DNA from: Promethearchaeota archaeon
GTDB lineage: Archaea; Asgardarchaeota; Thorarchaeia; Thorarchaeales; Thorarchaeaceae
DNA length: 64,000 nt
Assembly (NCBI GenBank): GCA_014728035.1
Contig: WJMJ01000046.1
Location: 96,001 to 160,000, forward strand
Direction: 5' to 3'
A program made the translations under genes and the position numbers. The notes beneath the pieces are model-generated. The model saw only the letters and a program-made list of their open reading frames with translations, had not been told where the DNA came from and made no database searches. This document shows positions 9,974 through 19,812 of this stretch, one piece after another; within the stretch, counting starts at the first letter, position 1; each line of letters starts with the position of its first letter.

Positions 9974-10288
9974 ATGCACAAGACCATGTTCTCCAAGATC
10001 GACCTCATCATCATGGCCTGCATGTACAGAGAAGATCGAATTGGCAAACATCACGGGAATATCGAGAACATACTGAAATTTTGCGTTCCAAAGGAATATC
10101 GAGACCGTCATCGTATGAGTAAGGTAAAGAAAGGAATGAGGAGACTTGCAAGCAGAGGATATTTGATTCTCAAACAAGGCAGATTTGAAGCATTCGCACT
10201 CACTATAGAAGGTGTACGTGTTGTAGAACGCTGGATTGATGGATGGTCACTTGACCAAATCAATGATGCTGAAGAACAAGGGCAATAG
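9974..10288 (+). CDS. Small basic winged-helix-like protein
   Basis: VKKGMRRLASRGYL...FALTIEG wHTH-like wing motif. Confidence 0.6.
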   Translation: MHKTMFSKIDLIIMACMYREDRIGKHHGNIENILKFCVPKEYRDRHRMSKVKKGMRRLASRGYLILKQGRFEAFALTIEGVRVVERWIDGWSLDQINDAEEQGQ

Positions 10289-10326
10289 GAAATCCTTGCA
10301 CACTTGTGACTAAATAGAAACTACTT

Positions 10327-10737
10327 CTACAGTCTAATTGGATTGGGTCCAATCTTACGAATCTCCTCAGCAAATTTGTTGATTTCCGAGGCGAAGAGGT
10401 CTCCCTCTGCGGCGCTCACGAACACCATCTTCACACGATCCTCGTTGAGACCCATCTGGCCCACCAACTTTCTCGCAAACCGGACTCGGCGCTCTGCTCC
10501 CAGATTTCCAGTCTTGTACGCACAGTCTCCAGGATGGCATCCAACAACGAGCACACCATCAGCCCCTTCCTGCAATGCTTTGAGGATGAAGTTGATGTCC
10601 AGCCTCGCTGTGCACGGCATTCGGATAATCCTGCTGCTCACGTCATACTGTAATTTCATGGTTCCGGCTAGGTCACTTGCTGCATACATGCACTGCATAC
10701 AGCCGAACACTATGATATTCATATCTTTGGGAGCCAC
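10327..10737 (-). CDS. mvhD: MvhD-family [2Fe-2S] subunit (stand-alone)
   Basis: FGC..C.YAASDLAG, RMPCTAR, GADGV...GCHPGDC, VSAAEG; GTG start with gaggtg RBS. Confidence 0.92.
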   Translation of the reverse strand: MAPKDMNIIVFGCMQCMYAASDLAGTMKLQYDVSSRIIRMPCTARLDINFILKALQEGADGVLVVGCHPGDCAYKTGNLGAERRVRFARKLVGQMGLNEDRVKMVFVSAAEGDLFASEINKFAEEIRKIGPNPIRL

Positions 10738-11036
10738 TGAGAGAACACCTCGATAATACGGAGAGAAAAAGAAAGAGAGGGACATATAATCTTTCAGATA
10801 GATTACGATATCCCGTCACCCAAGGATGTTTCGGCTGCATGCACCGACCTGTCAGATTCAGAATGAGAGTGAACCTCATCAGAGACCTCTAACTTCCGTG
10901 TTCCATCATTCACTCTGCTTCTGCTATGGCAATAGAGCAGGGCTTCAACCATTTTCAAAGGAATAGTGCATAGATTGAATAGATTAGAATCTATACATAT
11001 CATAGGATAGTACAACAAATAGCAGGAGGATGTACT

Positions 11037-11495
11037 ATGGTACTCAGCATAGAAGACAGAAAGATAGCAGACAAAGTACGAGAGTTGGGCGACGCAGTCG
11101 AATCTATGGAGATTGAGAGAATTGCATCAATGTTTACAGAGGATTGCAAGATATACATTCTCAATAAAGAACTGACTGGGAAAGAGGGAGTACGAGCCTG
11201 GCTAAATTGGCTCTTTCAAAACTTAGTATCCATCAGTTTTGAACCAATCACTGCAGCTGTCAAGGGAGACACATTCTATGAGGAGTTTCTGGTGATAGGA
11301 ACCATGAGGTCAGATGAAGTAATCACATCAAGACAAGCAGAAGTGATAGTCATAGACCGCGAGTCTATGAAGATAAAGAGCCTTCGCCTGTATTTTGACC
11401 GTATGGATTTTCTAAATTCCATATCGACAGACCCAATTACAAGATGGGCATCACGGAGATTGAAGAAACGCACAAGAAAAGGACTGGAAACATAA
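11037..11495 (+). CDS. SnoaL/NTF2-like protein
   Basis: FTEDC, GKEGVRAW, KIKSLRLYFD; ggagga RBS. Confidence 0.75.
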   Translation: MVLSIEDRKIADKVRELGDAVESMEIERIASMFTEDCKIYILNKELTGKEGVRAWLNWLFQNLVSISFEPITAAVKGDTFYEEFLVIGTMRSDEVITSRQAEVIVIDRESMKIKSLRLYFDRMDFLNSISTDPITRWASRRLKKRTRKGLET

Positions 11496-11520
11496 CGACA
11501 GGAGCAAGCTAGTGTTTCTG

Positions 11521-11967
11521 TCAATCCATCTTCTTGAACACCAATTCGAATCTAACAGACCCATCACTATTCAGATCTGCAAACCTAAGTATATCTGAGT
11601 CCAGCAATTCGTATTTGAGAAAACCACTTTCAGGTTTATCTGAATTGACAAAGACCGCATGACTATCGGAAACTTCTGTTAAGATCAAATGAGCAGGGCT
11701 CTCTTTTTCCTCCCAGCTCACAAAATCCTTGTTGAAATGACGAAGGTAGAGATGAACGAGGTTATCCTGTTTCAATAGAGTAAAGATTTCGTAAAGATAA
11801 ATTTCTCCTTTCTTCATCCATCTGAACGTTCCAGAGATAACACCGTGTGCCTCATCCAACCAATATTCATCAAACTCATCTTCGCCTTCAACTCCTTTCC
11901 ATAGACCACATAGAAAACGAAGTTGTGAAACAGAACTCCCCCGCAATGGATTTTTTGAATGAGTCAT
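11521..11967 (-). CDS. DUF6265-like hypothetical protein
   Basis: L.FL.G.W.G, E.W, LRHF....SWEEK motifs. Confidence 0.65.
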   Translation of the reverse strand: MTHSKNPLRGSSVSQLRFLCGLWKGVEGEDEFDEYWLDEAHGVISGTFRWMKKGEIYLYEIFTLLKQDNLVHLYLRHFNKDFVSWEEKESPAHLILTEVSDSHAVFVNSDKPESGFLKYELLDSDILRFADLNSDGSVRFELVFKKMD

Positions 11968-12016
11968 AGGAATCAATTGCATAAACCACCTATTAAATTT
12001 CATAACAAAATGATAA

Positions 12017-12502
12017 TTATGCACGTTGCGTGTATGCATGTTGTACCAATGCTGAAATCTCGGAATCAAGTGGATAGCGATCCAGATATTCATCTCCTAA
12101 GAGAATTAGGGAGCTCCAATCCTCTAATTTTTCATAACAGCGAAGTGCAAGATAGTGTCCGTCTTTATATCCTGGAGCATATTGATGAATCTCCATCAAT
12201 ATTTCGAGGGCCTCATTCCAGTTTTGAGCTTCATAGTGATTTGTTGCCTCGGTGAACATTGAGATGACATGAATAGTTTCCACCTTTCTACGATAAGTTA
12301 TGACTCCCATCCCGTATAAAACACCGTCATGAACGATTCCCACAATTAATCCTACAATGAAAGCCCAAATTATTCCGACTTCAACAAAACCAATCCAAGC
12401 AAGAAGTGCAGAACCAGTACCCCAAGAGAGAGGTCGAAACACGTATTCGTATATCAATCGTCGACGACTAATAGGAATCTCTGACTCTTTCAATTGGTTC
12501 AT
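12017..12502 (-). CDS. Membrane protein with C-terminal TPR
   Basis: Two hydrophobic helices, then a TPR-like helical repeat. Confidence 0.6.
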   Translation of the reverse strand: MNQLKESEIPISRRRLIYEYVFRPLSWGTGSALLAWIGFVEVGIIWAFIVGLIVGIVHDGVLYGMGVITYRRKVETIHVISMFTEATNHYEAQNWNEALEILMEIHQYAPGYKDGHYLALRCYEKLEDWSSLILLGDEYLDRYPLDSEISALVQHAYTQRA

Positions 12503-12588
12503 ATATCTACTTCGAAATTTAGATATATTAGCACTGCTTTCTGAGTAAGATGGGCAGATTTTACTCTGCCCCAATCAGAAATCCGGGT

Positions 12589-13803
12589 TCAGTCGAGTAA
12601 GCGTTTTTCACCTTTGATTTTTCTGATTTCTGTTATGTCTTGGGATACTTCCAAACATCCAAGATAGTTATCAGAATCATCACGGACAGCAAAATACCGG
12701 ATATGAATCAGGCGACCTCCAAGATTTATCCAAAACTCTGCTGAATCACGCGAGCCGTCTCGGAAATCATTCAATATCTGTTTAACAACATGAACGCTCT
12801 TCTGAGGATGGCATAAATGAACGTCACGACCAATTACTGCTTTGGATCTGACAAAGATTCGTTCCGCAGAGTCACTGAAATATCGAACTTGGTCTTTTGC
12901 GTCAACAAAAGTGATGTCAATTGGGAGTGTGTTCAGTACAGCTTGAAGAGAATCCTTAGACATGGCACCCGTTTCAAACTGAACGAGGTCTTCTCTAACA
13001 TCTTTTGATGTTGTTTGTTTACTGACTGTTTCCTTAAATTCAGGAACATCAGGAGTAAAGCAACAATAACCGATTTCATCAAATTCCTTTCTTATTGTAG
13101 TCCACTCCTCTTCAGAGATAACCTGCAGAGATGTAGGAAATAGAATATTATTCTCTTTGTAAAAGTGGTCCGACAAGAGCTCGTTCATTTTGGAAATGAT
13201 TTTCACTATTTGAGTTATTTTTTCAAATAGAGAGGAATCGGTGTCATTGGTAAGTTCATACAATTGTTTCTCTGTTGAACGGATTTGATCGTGTTCCATC
13301 CACATAATAGCAGGAGGTTCTTTCACACCATGTTTCTCAAGATATGGAAATAGCACATTCTCTTCACGATGATAATGTTTTGATGATTCTTTGAAGTGAT
13401 GTACAAGGTGCTTCATTCGTTTTAGCTTCTCAGTTATCACATCTTGATTCATTTCACCAATCAAGGATTCTCCGATAATATAGAGTTCCTCCACAGTTGC
13501 GAGAAGAATTCGATGTTCTTCCATGAGTATATGGACAGGATGTCCGGGTGAGGCTAATGTTGACTCGCCTTCCAGACTTTCATCGAAGACTGCAAGGTGA
13601 ACATCACACAGTTTATGCACATTCTCTCGTGGCATCCCTTCTTTAATGAGCTCTTCTTCAGCTTTCGAGATAATTGAAGCATCCACACGGCGGAGAAAAT
13701 CCCCAAATTCCCGTTTGATTACATCAGGACTTTCTCCCTCATGTAACCGACTAATCATTGTTTTGATAGTCTTCTTCTTGTCTTCAAACATTGGTATCTC
13801 CAC
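12589..13803 (-). CDS. DUF438 + hemerythrin + PAS domain protein
   Basis: LCDVH, GHPVH....EH, HY.REEN.LFP, MW.EHD, KENNILFP, DITFVD..CHPQKS. Confidence 0.9.
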   Translation of the reverse strand: MEIPMFEDKKKTIKTMISRLHEGESPDVIKREFGDFLRRVDASIISKAEEELIKEGMPRENVHKLCDVHLAVFDESLEGESTLASPGHPVHILMEEHRILLATVEELYIIGESLIGEMNQDVITEKLKRMKHLVHHFKESSKHYHREENVLFPYLEKHGVKEPPAIMWMEHDQIRSTEKQLYELTNDTDSSLFEKITQIVKIISKMNELLSDHFYKENNILFPTSLQVISEEEWTTIRKEFDEIGYCCFTPDVPEFKETVSKQTTSKDVREDLVQFETGAMSKDSLQAVLNTLPIDITFVDAKDQVRYFSDSAERIFVRSKAVIGRDVHLCHPQKSVHVVKQILNDFRDGSRDSAEFWINLGGRLIHIRYFAVRDDSDNYLGCLEVSQDITEIRKIKGEKRLLD

Positions 13804-13903
13804 ATATTCAACATTAACTATTGTTAATAAATTATGGAGTTACCAAACGGGAAGTAAAAGAATAGTTTAAGGTCGCAAACTGGAACAGTTTATTAAAAAA
13901 AGT

Positions 13904-13930
13904 AAGACAACCGAAAGAGGTTGTCATTCT
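13904..13930 (-). terminator. Hairpin terminator-like element after the sulfurtransferase gene
   Basis: gacaacc-gaaaga-ggttgtc inverted repeat next to an A/T run. Confidence 0.45.
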
Positions 13931-13939
13931 ATGTTTTGT

Positions 13940-14818
13940 TTAGTTATCATAAGGTGTGCTGCCTTTGACTACAGGTCGATTGGGGTCTGCAGACCACTCC
14001 GTAAAGCTCCCCTCATAGAGTTGAACTCTCTCGTAGCCAAGGAGATGTTTGAAGATAAGGTATTCATTGGTTGCTTCACGGCCAGTACCACAGCTGCAGA
14101 TAATTTGCTTGTCAGGTGTAGCACCAACTTTCTCAACTATTGCTTTAATTTCCTCAAGTTCTTTTAGAAGACGAGGATTATCCGTATGCATGAGGTTTGC
14201 CCAGGGAAGATTAACTGCTCCAGGAATGTGTCCATCTTTGATCCACGGGGTGCTTTCACCCTTATACAGATGAGGAGGTCTAGCATCTAAGAGAATCACA
14301 TCATCCTGATCTTTGATTTTTATGAGGTCATCAGTGGTAATCTTCATATCTTCTTTAGCATCAGCCTTGAATTTTGTAGTCTTGACCTTCGGAAATTCTT
14401 GAGATATTGGTTTTCCTTCAGATATCCACTTTTCAAGGCCGCCATCAAGAATGTAGACTTCTTTTGCACCAAACCGTATGAGCGTGTACGCCATGAATGG
14501 CTGCTCCAGTCCATCACCCCAATTCTTGAAATCGCCTTTGTGAGTGTAGAGCACGACAATGGTTTCATTATCGATACCGACTTGAGCAAAAAGCTCAGCA
14601 AGTTGGTGGGGCTCCAGATAGACTGCAGGCTGACCATCTTTTGTTGCACGTTGCAAGTTTGGACTAAGATAAACCGAACCAGGTATATGTTGTAAGAAAT
14701 AATCATGAGGGTTTGGTTGAACATCTAGAATGAACACATCATCCATATGTTTCTCCAACCAATCCGTTGAAACATATTTTACGGAACCATGTCCAAGGGG
14801 AGCATTATCAATTTTCAT
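13940..14818 (-). CDS. Double-domain rhodanese / thiosulfate sulfurtransferase
   Basis: HIPGS, LDGG...W, DAR..GHIPGA, active-site CGTGREA, YEGSFTEW. Confidence 0.9.
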   Translation of the reverse strand: MKIDNAPLGHGSVKYVSTDWLEKHMDDVFILDVQPNPHDYFLQHIPGSVYLSPNLQRATKDGQPAVYLEPHQLAELFAQVGIDNETIVVLYTHKGDFKNWGDGLEQPFMAYTLIRFGAKEVYILDGGLEKWISEGKPISQEFPKVKTTKFKADAKEDMKITTDDLIKIKDQDDVILLDARPPHLYKGESTPWIKDGHIPGAVNLPWANLMHTDNPRLLKELEEIKAIVEKVGATPDKQIICSCGTGREATNEYLIFKHLLGYERVQLYEGSFTEWSADPNRPVVKGSTPYDN

Positions 14819-14894
14819 AGTTAACTATATTGAATTAGTTATATAAAAATCTTAGCTAATGTTGAGAATAAACAGTGTGTGATTGTACTGTCCT

Positions 14895-15269
14895 CTATGT
14901 TGTAACCACCTTATCACGTTCTGCAGTCCAAGGAGGAGAAACCAGACAGAGAAAGACCAACTCAGTTCCACCAGTATTCTCAATGTACTGAACTGCACCA
15001 GGAGGGATATAGATGGTATCTCTGGGACCTACTAGAGCAGATTCATCATCAATATACATCACACCTATTCCTTGAAGAATGTAGTAGACCTCAGATGCCC
15101 CCTCTATTACATGAGGAATAGATGCACTCCCAGGTTCAACAATGGCATGGGCAATGCTATATTGCATTTTAAGATTTAATTTTCCATGAGCGGGGTTCAG
15201 CAGCTCCCTCAGACGAGTCGAATCGTTAGCAATAATCTCCTCACAATCTTCAAACTTACGAATAAGCAT
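14895..15269 (-). CDS. Cupin-domain protein
   Basis: PH...SEVYYIL.G.G, IYIPPG cupin motifs. Confidence 0.85.
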   Translation of the reverse strand: MLIRKFEDCEEIIANDSTRLRELLNPAHGKLNLKMQYSIAHAIVEPGSASIPHVIEGASEVYYILQGIGVMYIDDESALVGPRDTIYIPPGAVQYIENTGGTELVFLCLVSPPWTAERDKVVTT

Positions 15270-15319
15270 CACGAAACACCAGTAGTGCAAACATTAGTCT
15301 AACCATAAATATCTCTTCA

Positions 15320-16135
15320 TTAGGTCTGACATCGAGGACAGATATAGCTGGTTGTCGAACCAACACGGATCTTTTCGATTATAGATTGACAACGGGGGCA
15401 TGGTTTTCCGGTACGATATGCAACCTGATAGTGCTCTGGATAGCGTCCCTCATTTCCCCATATATCATGTTCTTTGGGGCCGCCGCCATAACGAATCCCT
15501 TCCTGAAGAGTAACCAGAATTGCTTGATGAAGAAGAGAGATGTCAATATCAGATAATGTGTTGGCTTTTCGTTCAGGATGCAATCGGGCACGCCAAAGAA
15601 TATCTTGGATATACACGTTCCCAATTCCTGCAATCACACGTTGGTCAAGTAAGTAGCTCTTGATTCGTCCTCGACGACCTGATAGAATATCCGATAATTT
15701 GCCTCTAGAAAATTCAGTTGATAGTGGCTCAACTCCTAAATTTCCTATTTGTTTGTGGCAATGAATCTCAGTAGATTCGATAAGATGAACATGTCCAAAC
15801 CACCAGAAATGAATCCAGAGTTGTTTGGAATTATCTAAATGAAGCACCACTCGTTCCTTCTTGGGATCGGGTTTTTCTTCGGCCGCATGCAATATAATCT
15901 CTCCGCCCATTCCTAAATTAAACGCTAATACAAGATTCTTATCAAGTTCAGCTAGAATCCATTTTCCCCGTTGGCGTATTTGCATAATCTTTCTACCAGT
16001 TATCAGAGAGATGAAAACTTCGACCGTCTTGTTGAGAACTTTAGGCTGATTGACTGTCGCATCTATAATAGTGCGTCCAGGTAGAACTTCGTTCATACTT
16101 CGAGTTAATACAACAATGTCTGGCAATTCAGGCAT
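15320..16135 (-). CDS. mutM: Fpg/Nei family DNA glycosylase
   Basis: MPELP start, RGKW, LGM.G, IAGIGNVY H2TH, C-terminal CPRC..CPRCQ zinc finger. Confidence 0.88.
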   Translation of the reverse strand: MPELPDIVVLTRSMNEVLPGRTIIDATVNQPKVLNKTVEVFISLITGRKIMQIRQRGKWILAELDKNLVLAFNLGMGGEIILHAAEEKPDPKKERVVLHLDNSKQLWIHFWWFGHVHLIESTEIHCHKQIGNLGVEPLSTEFSRGKLSDILSGRRGRIKSYLLDQRVIAGIGNVYIQDILWRARLHPERKANTLSDIDISLLHQAILVTLQEGIRYGGGPKEHDIWGNEGRYPEHYQVAYRTGKPCPRCQSIIEKIRVGSTTSYICPRCQT

Positions 16136-16177
16136 GGCCACAAACACCGACCATGCACGAATCACCTTTTACTTCAA

Positions 16178-17188
16178 TCATTCGTTCGATGCTTTTCTTT
16201 TCCACATCCAATATGCAGGAACCAGCAATCCAAGTACCGAAAGGTTGACGATTGTGAAACTGGTAATTCCAACTTGGACAATATCACCCCATCCGGTAGC
16301 AGCGGCGAGTAATCGATTAACTTGAGATCCCACACGACTCAGAATAACCAGAAGGACCACAGTAATCGCGGTCAGAGGGCGGAGAGATTCATTTTCATGT
16401 ACCTTAGCCACAGTTGATGAAAGCCCATAGAAAAGAAGAATGGATTGTACGAGAATATCAAAGAGAGTCCATTGGGGATTTGAAATGTTCACCAGACGGA
16501 AGGTATAGAATAGACCAATACAAAACAATACAAGGACCATAAAGCTTGATTGTTCAGGGCCTTTTGTTTTATCACGAAATAGAATAGTTACAACTGGCAG
16601 TAAGATCATACCTAGCGGAAACATCAACAGAATCATCTGTTGTTCGAATGGTAAAGATTCCAGTCCAAGGAGAGTATAGGCACCACCAAAAGAAATTATG
16701 CCAATAATCAAAAAGAAGAAAAACACAACCCAATTTATAGAGGGCCTGGATTCAATCTTATTCCGAATAGATTTGCCTATATTCCAGCCTAGAAGAACGG
16801 TGAAATAACCAGTTATCAGTGCATCTCCAAATGACAGAGATACACCAACAGGAGGCCCAAGAATTGCAGTTATTGGTCCAAGCACCATAAACAATGCAAT
16901 CACAACAAAACTAAGCAGGACTTGATTACGAAATGCATTAGGTCCATTGAAAAAGAGATGTTGCCCCTTGGCCACAAGAGAGAAGATAATCAATAGTATG
17001 ATGAAATACTGAAATGAGACTACAATTGATATCGCCAAACCTTGAAAGGGATCAGTGATAATGGGATCGAGTCCTCCAAACATTATAATCCAGAGAGAGA
17101 TGATAGCTGTAGCTACAAGTGAAAGGATGAAACTAAAACTGTACCAAGTCTTTGTTAGAAGGAGTCTAAGTCCTTTAATGAATCTCAT
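16178..17188 (-). CDS. Polytopic membrane protein of unknown function
   Basis: About 10 hydrophobic segments, long ORF. Confidence 0.7.
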   Translation of the reverse strand: MRFIKGLRLLLTKTWYSFSFILSLVATAIISLWIIMFGGLDPIITDPFQGLAISIVVSFQYFIILLIIFSLVAKGQHLFFNGPNAFRNQVLLSFVVIALFMVLGPITAILGPPVGVSLSFGDALITGYFTVLLGWNIGKSIRNKIESRPSINWVVFFFFLIIGIISFGGAYTLLGLESLPFEQQMILLMFPLGMILLPVVTILFRDKTKGPEQSSFMVLVLFCIGLFYTFRLVNISNPQWTLFDILVQSILLFYGLSSTVAKVHENESLRPLTAITVVLLVILSRVGSQVNRLLAAATGWGDIVQVGITSFTIVNLSVLGLLVPAYWMWKRKASNE

Positions 17189-17403
17189 GATGGCATTCCT
17201 CTTATGCTATGTTCTTGTAGTAATCAATGTATGATATAGACTTGTTTTGTTTATCGTGTAGCTAGCGTGCCTCAATCAAACGACTCTGCGGTGGTTAAAA
17301 CGAGATATTGTAGAGTAAGAGATGTTAGAAGTCTGAAATTATATCTACAGGTGTGTAGATAACCATTCCACAAATCTTCATCGTTATCATCTTTGATAGC
17401 AAA

Positions 17404-18357
17404 TTATGATCGTAATAAGACACTACCGAGTACAATAATGTTCACAATAAGTCCAATTCCGTATGCAACATCAATTAGTGTAATCAACGGGTTAACACCT
17501 GCAAAGACGAATAACCATGTACTGATAGTAATAACAGATAACACAAGTAGTACTAGAATAGTACGTTCACCTTTAGTGAGAGGTTTCTCATGTACTGTAA
17601 GCACACGAATCCAAAGAACGATAGCAATACCAAGTAGAGGGGGAAGAGGTATGAGAATAACGCATAGAAAAGGTAAGATAATACCACTGAGTTGAAGACG
17701 AATCTGTTCGATTCGCTCACTATAGTTTGCAAATTCCTCAGCATATACCTTCCCATATTCTTTCCAAACCGTTGATTGGTATCCTTTCCAGATAGAGAAT
17801 TTTGTACCAGAGAACTTGTCTTTGATCTTATCGATAGTGCTTTTTTCATACTCGGGGTCATATGCACCACGTATTGCAGGAATGGCGTATATCATGAGCA
17901 TAAGAGACCAAATACCATACAATAATACCAAATTATCAAGGAGGGTAACAAGTTCCGTTCCAAAGAGGGTCTGTAAAATACTAGTTGTACCAGGATTTAG
18001 TGCATTGTATATCTTATAGACCCCATAACCAACGATAACAAATACAGGAATAATTAGTAGTAATTTGAAGCGACGTGCTCTATCAGCATTACCTTTTAAC
18101 CATTCAGAGTTCATCTGAAAAGCAATCGTGCAGATGCTGGCATATGTTAGCATTATACCTGTTCCGCTGAGAAACTTCATGGAAATTCCTGATATTCCAG
18201 CAGCATACAGAAATAGTGGTGAATTGGAGAGAATAGTTGGGTTCCAGTCATTGAAAAATAGCATCAATAACAAAATGAGACTTCCAATTAGAACTGCTAG
18301 AAGGTAACTAGTACCTAATCGATCTGCAATCTTTTTTCCAATGCCACCCATAAGCAA
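17404..18357 (-). CDS. Polytopic membrane protein of unknown function
   Basis: About 7-8 hydrophobic segments with a central soluble loop; ggtgg RBS. Confidence 0.7.
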   Translation of the reverse strand: MLMGGIGKKIADRLGTSYLLAVLIGSLILLLMLFFNDWNPTILSNSPLFLYAAGISGISMKFLSGTGIMLTYASICTIAFQMNSEWLKGNADRARRFKLLLIIPVFVIVGYGVYKIYNALNPGTTSILQTLFGTELVTLLDNLVLLYGIWSLMLMIYAIPAIRGAYDPEYEKSTIDKIKDKFSGTKFSIWKGYQSTVWKEYGKVYAEEFANYSERIEQIRLQLSGIILPFLCVILIPLPPLLGIAIVLWIRVLTVHEKPLTKGERTILVLLVLSVITISTWLFVFAGVNPLITLIDVAYGIGLIVNIIVLGSVLLRS

Positions 18358-18445
18358 TCATCCACCTTTACTAATTCCTCCGTCCTATATTAAGAGTCGT
18401 ACTGATTTCTGTGGTGTTTATACGGTAATATCGACATAAAGCTCC

Positions 18446-18691
18446 ATGAGGCGAAAACTAAAGACCAAAGTATGGGATAAAAAGCAAGCCAAGTTTGTAG
18501 AAGTTCCAATTGCAAAAAAACCAGATGTTGATTTGGCATGCTCACAGTGCAGATACTTTGAACAAGCAACTCGCCAGTGTAAAGGCATTGGATCTTGGTT
18601 TTATGATAGAGAGATCCCATATCCTGAATATGTTCCCAAAATTTCAGAGTGCAAAATACGACTCCCCCTCAACCTATTTGCATATGTATGA
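18446..18691 (+). CDS. Small basic Cys-containing hypothetical protein
   Basis: Fills the intergenic gap; CSQC..C..C pattern. Confidence 0.55.
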   Translation: MRRKLKTKVWDKKQAKFVEVPIAKKPDVDLACSQCRYFEQATRQCKGIGSWFYDREIPYPEYVPKISECKIRLPLNLFAYV

Positions 18692-18711
18692 TTTCTTCTT
18701 TCAAATTGGAA

Positions 18712-19734
18712 TTATGTAGCTTTTCTTTTGGTTTGTATCAAACGAATTATCGACAAAACAATCAACACAGTAGGAGCAATTAGTAGGCCAGCCCACACAA
18801 GATATCCAAGAGCTCCAAACACCAAAAGATGTAACTGGTTCTTTAGCTCTGTTTTCCAAATAGGATTAAGCAATAACCTCAGAGTGAACATCCCTAACAA
18901 TAATGGAATCAGTGTAAATACGATGGAAACACCAAACTCCCAAGTCGGAATTGCGTTGGATACAACATATGCAGTCTGAAAAGCAAAAGATGCAGCGCTT
19001 CCAAGATACATAAAACCACAGAGAACTGCAATAGACCATACAGGATCACTTACAGGTAAATTGTTTTTACGAGAATAAAGGAAAATTATTCCAATAGCAA
19101 TTAAAGCAAGAAAAGGAGAGAGAGCCAGTAAGAGATTTTGTCCTTCCCACTGATAGACTTGTAGACTGTAAACTGGTACTAATATCCATTCATCCAAATT
19201 GTAGGCCTCGACGTAGCCGATTGCCAGCATATACTCTCCACCATAATTCGGATCATGTATTGCAAGATAGTAGGTTCCTGTGGCATTTGCAGTAGAATCA
19301 ATATCTACAACTTTGTAATATGTACTAGGAGTGAAACCTTCATAGTATGCGTTCTCTGGAACAACTCCATCCAAAACAAGGTAGCCACTATCAGGAGAGG
19401 TTTCCACATAACTTGGAACAGAGCTGACATTACTCACATCAGGCCCCATCAAGACCACACCAGGAGAAAAACCAGTTTCACCAAGATGGACAGGGATTCC
19501 AAGTATTAGTCGGATTCGTTCGCCTTCATTAAATTCAAAACGGAAATATTGAGCCTCTGCACCTTCGTGAAGATTTTGGTATGTGACCCAAGATTTTATG
19601 GGATTATCAATATCTGCCGCAGTATCAAGAGTTTCGCCAGGACCGGATCCAATAGGGACATGACCTACAACAAACGGGAGTGAACCTATAATGGATAACA
19701 TTACAAAAAGTGAAGCTAACTTCCAAGATTGCAT
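18712..19734 (-). CDS. Signal-peptide protein with extracellular beta domain and C-terminal TM helices
   Basis: Signal peptide + HVP, YEGFTP, Y.LAIGY.E motif, 4 C-terminal TMs. Confidence 0.75.
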   Translation of the reverse strand: MQSWKLASLFVMLSIIGSLPFVVGHVPIGSGPGETLDTAADIDNPIKSWVTYQNLHEGAEAQYFRFEFNEGERIRLILGIPVHLGETGFSPGVVLMGPDVSNVSSVPSYVETSPDSGYLVLDGVVPENAYYEGFTPSTYYKVVDIDSTANATGTYYLAIHDPNYGGEYMLAIGYVEAYNLDEWILVPVYSLQVYQWEGQNLLLALSPFLALIAIGIIFLYSRKNNLPVSDPVWSIAVLCGFMYLGSAASFAFQTAYVVSNAIPTWEFGVSIVFTLIPLLLGMFTLRLLLNPIWKTELKNQLHLLVFGALGYLVWAGLLIAPTVLIVLSIIRLIQTKRKAT

Positions 19735-19782
19735 AAATTTAGTAACAAAAAACCAACCTATAACTTTTATTTGGAACTAGTA

Positions 19783-19802
19783 GAGGAGGTGTATGCCTCC
19801 TC
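19783..19802 (-). terminator. GC-rich hairpin downstream of the acyl-CoA dehydrogenase gene
   Basis: gaggaggt-gtat-gcctcctc. Confidence 0.5.
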
Positions 19803-19812
19803 CGATAGTCTA

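Noticed and set aside
17404-18357. Rhodopsin-like 7TM protein
   Set aside because: The last helix reads DVAYG with no retinal-binding lysine
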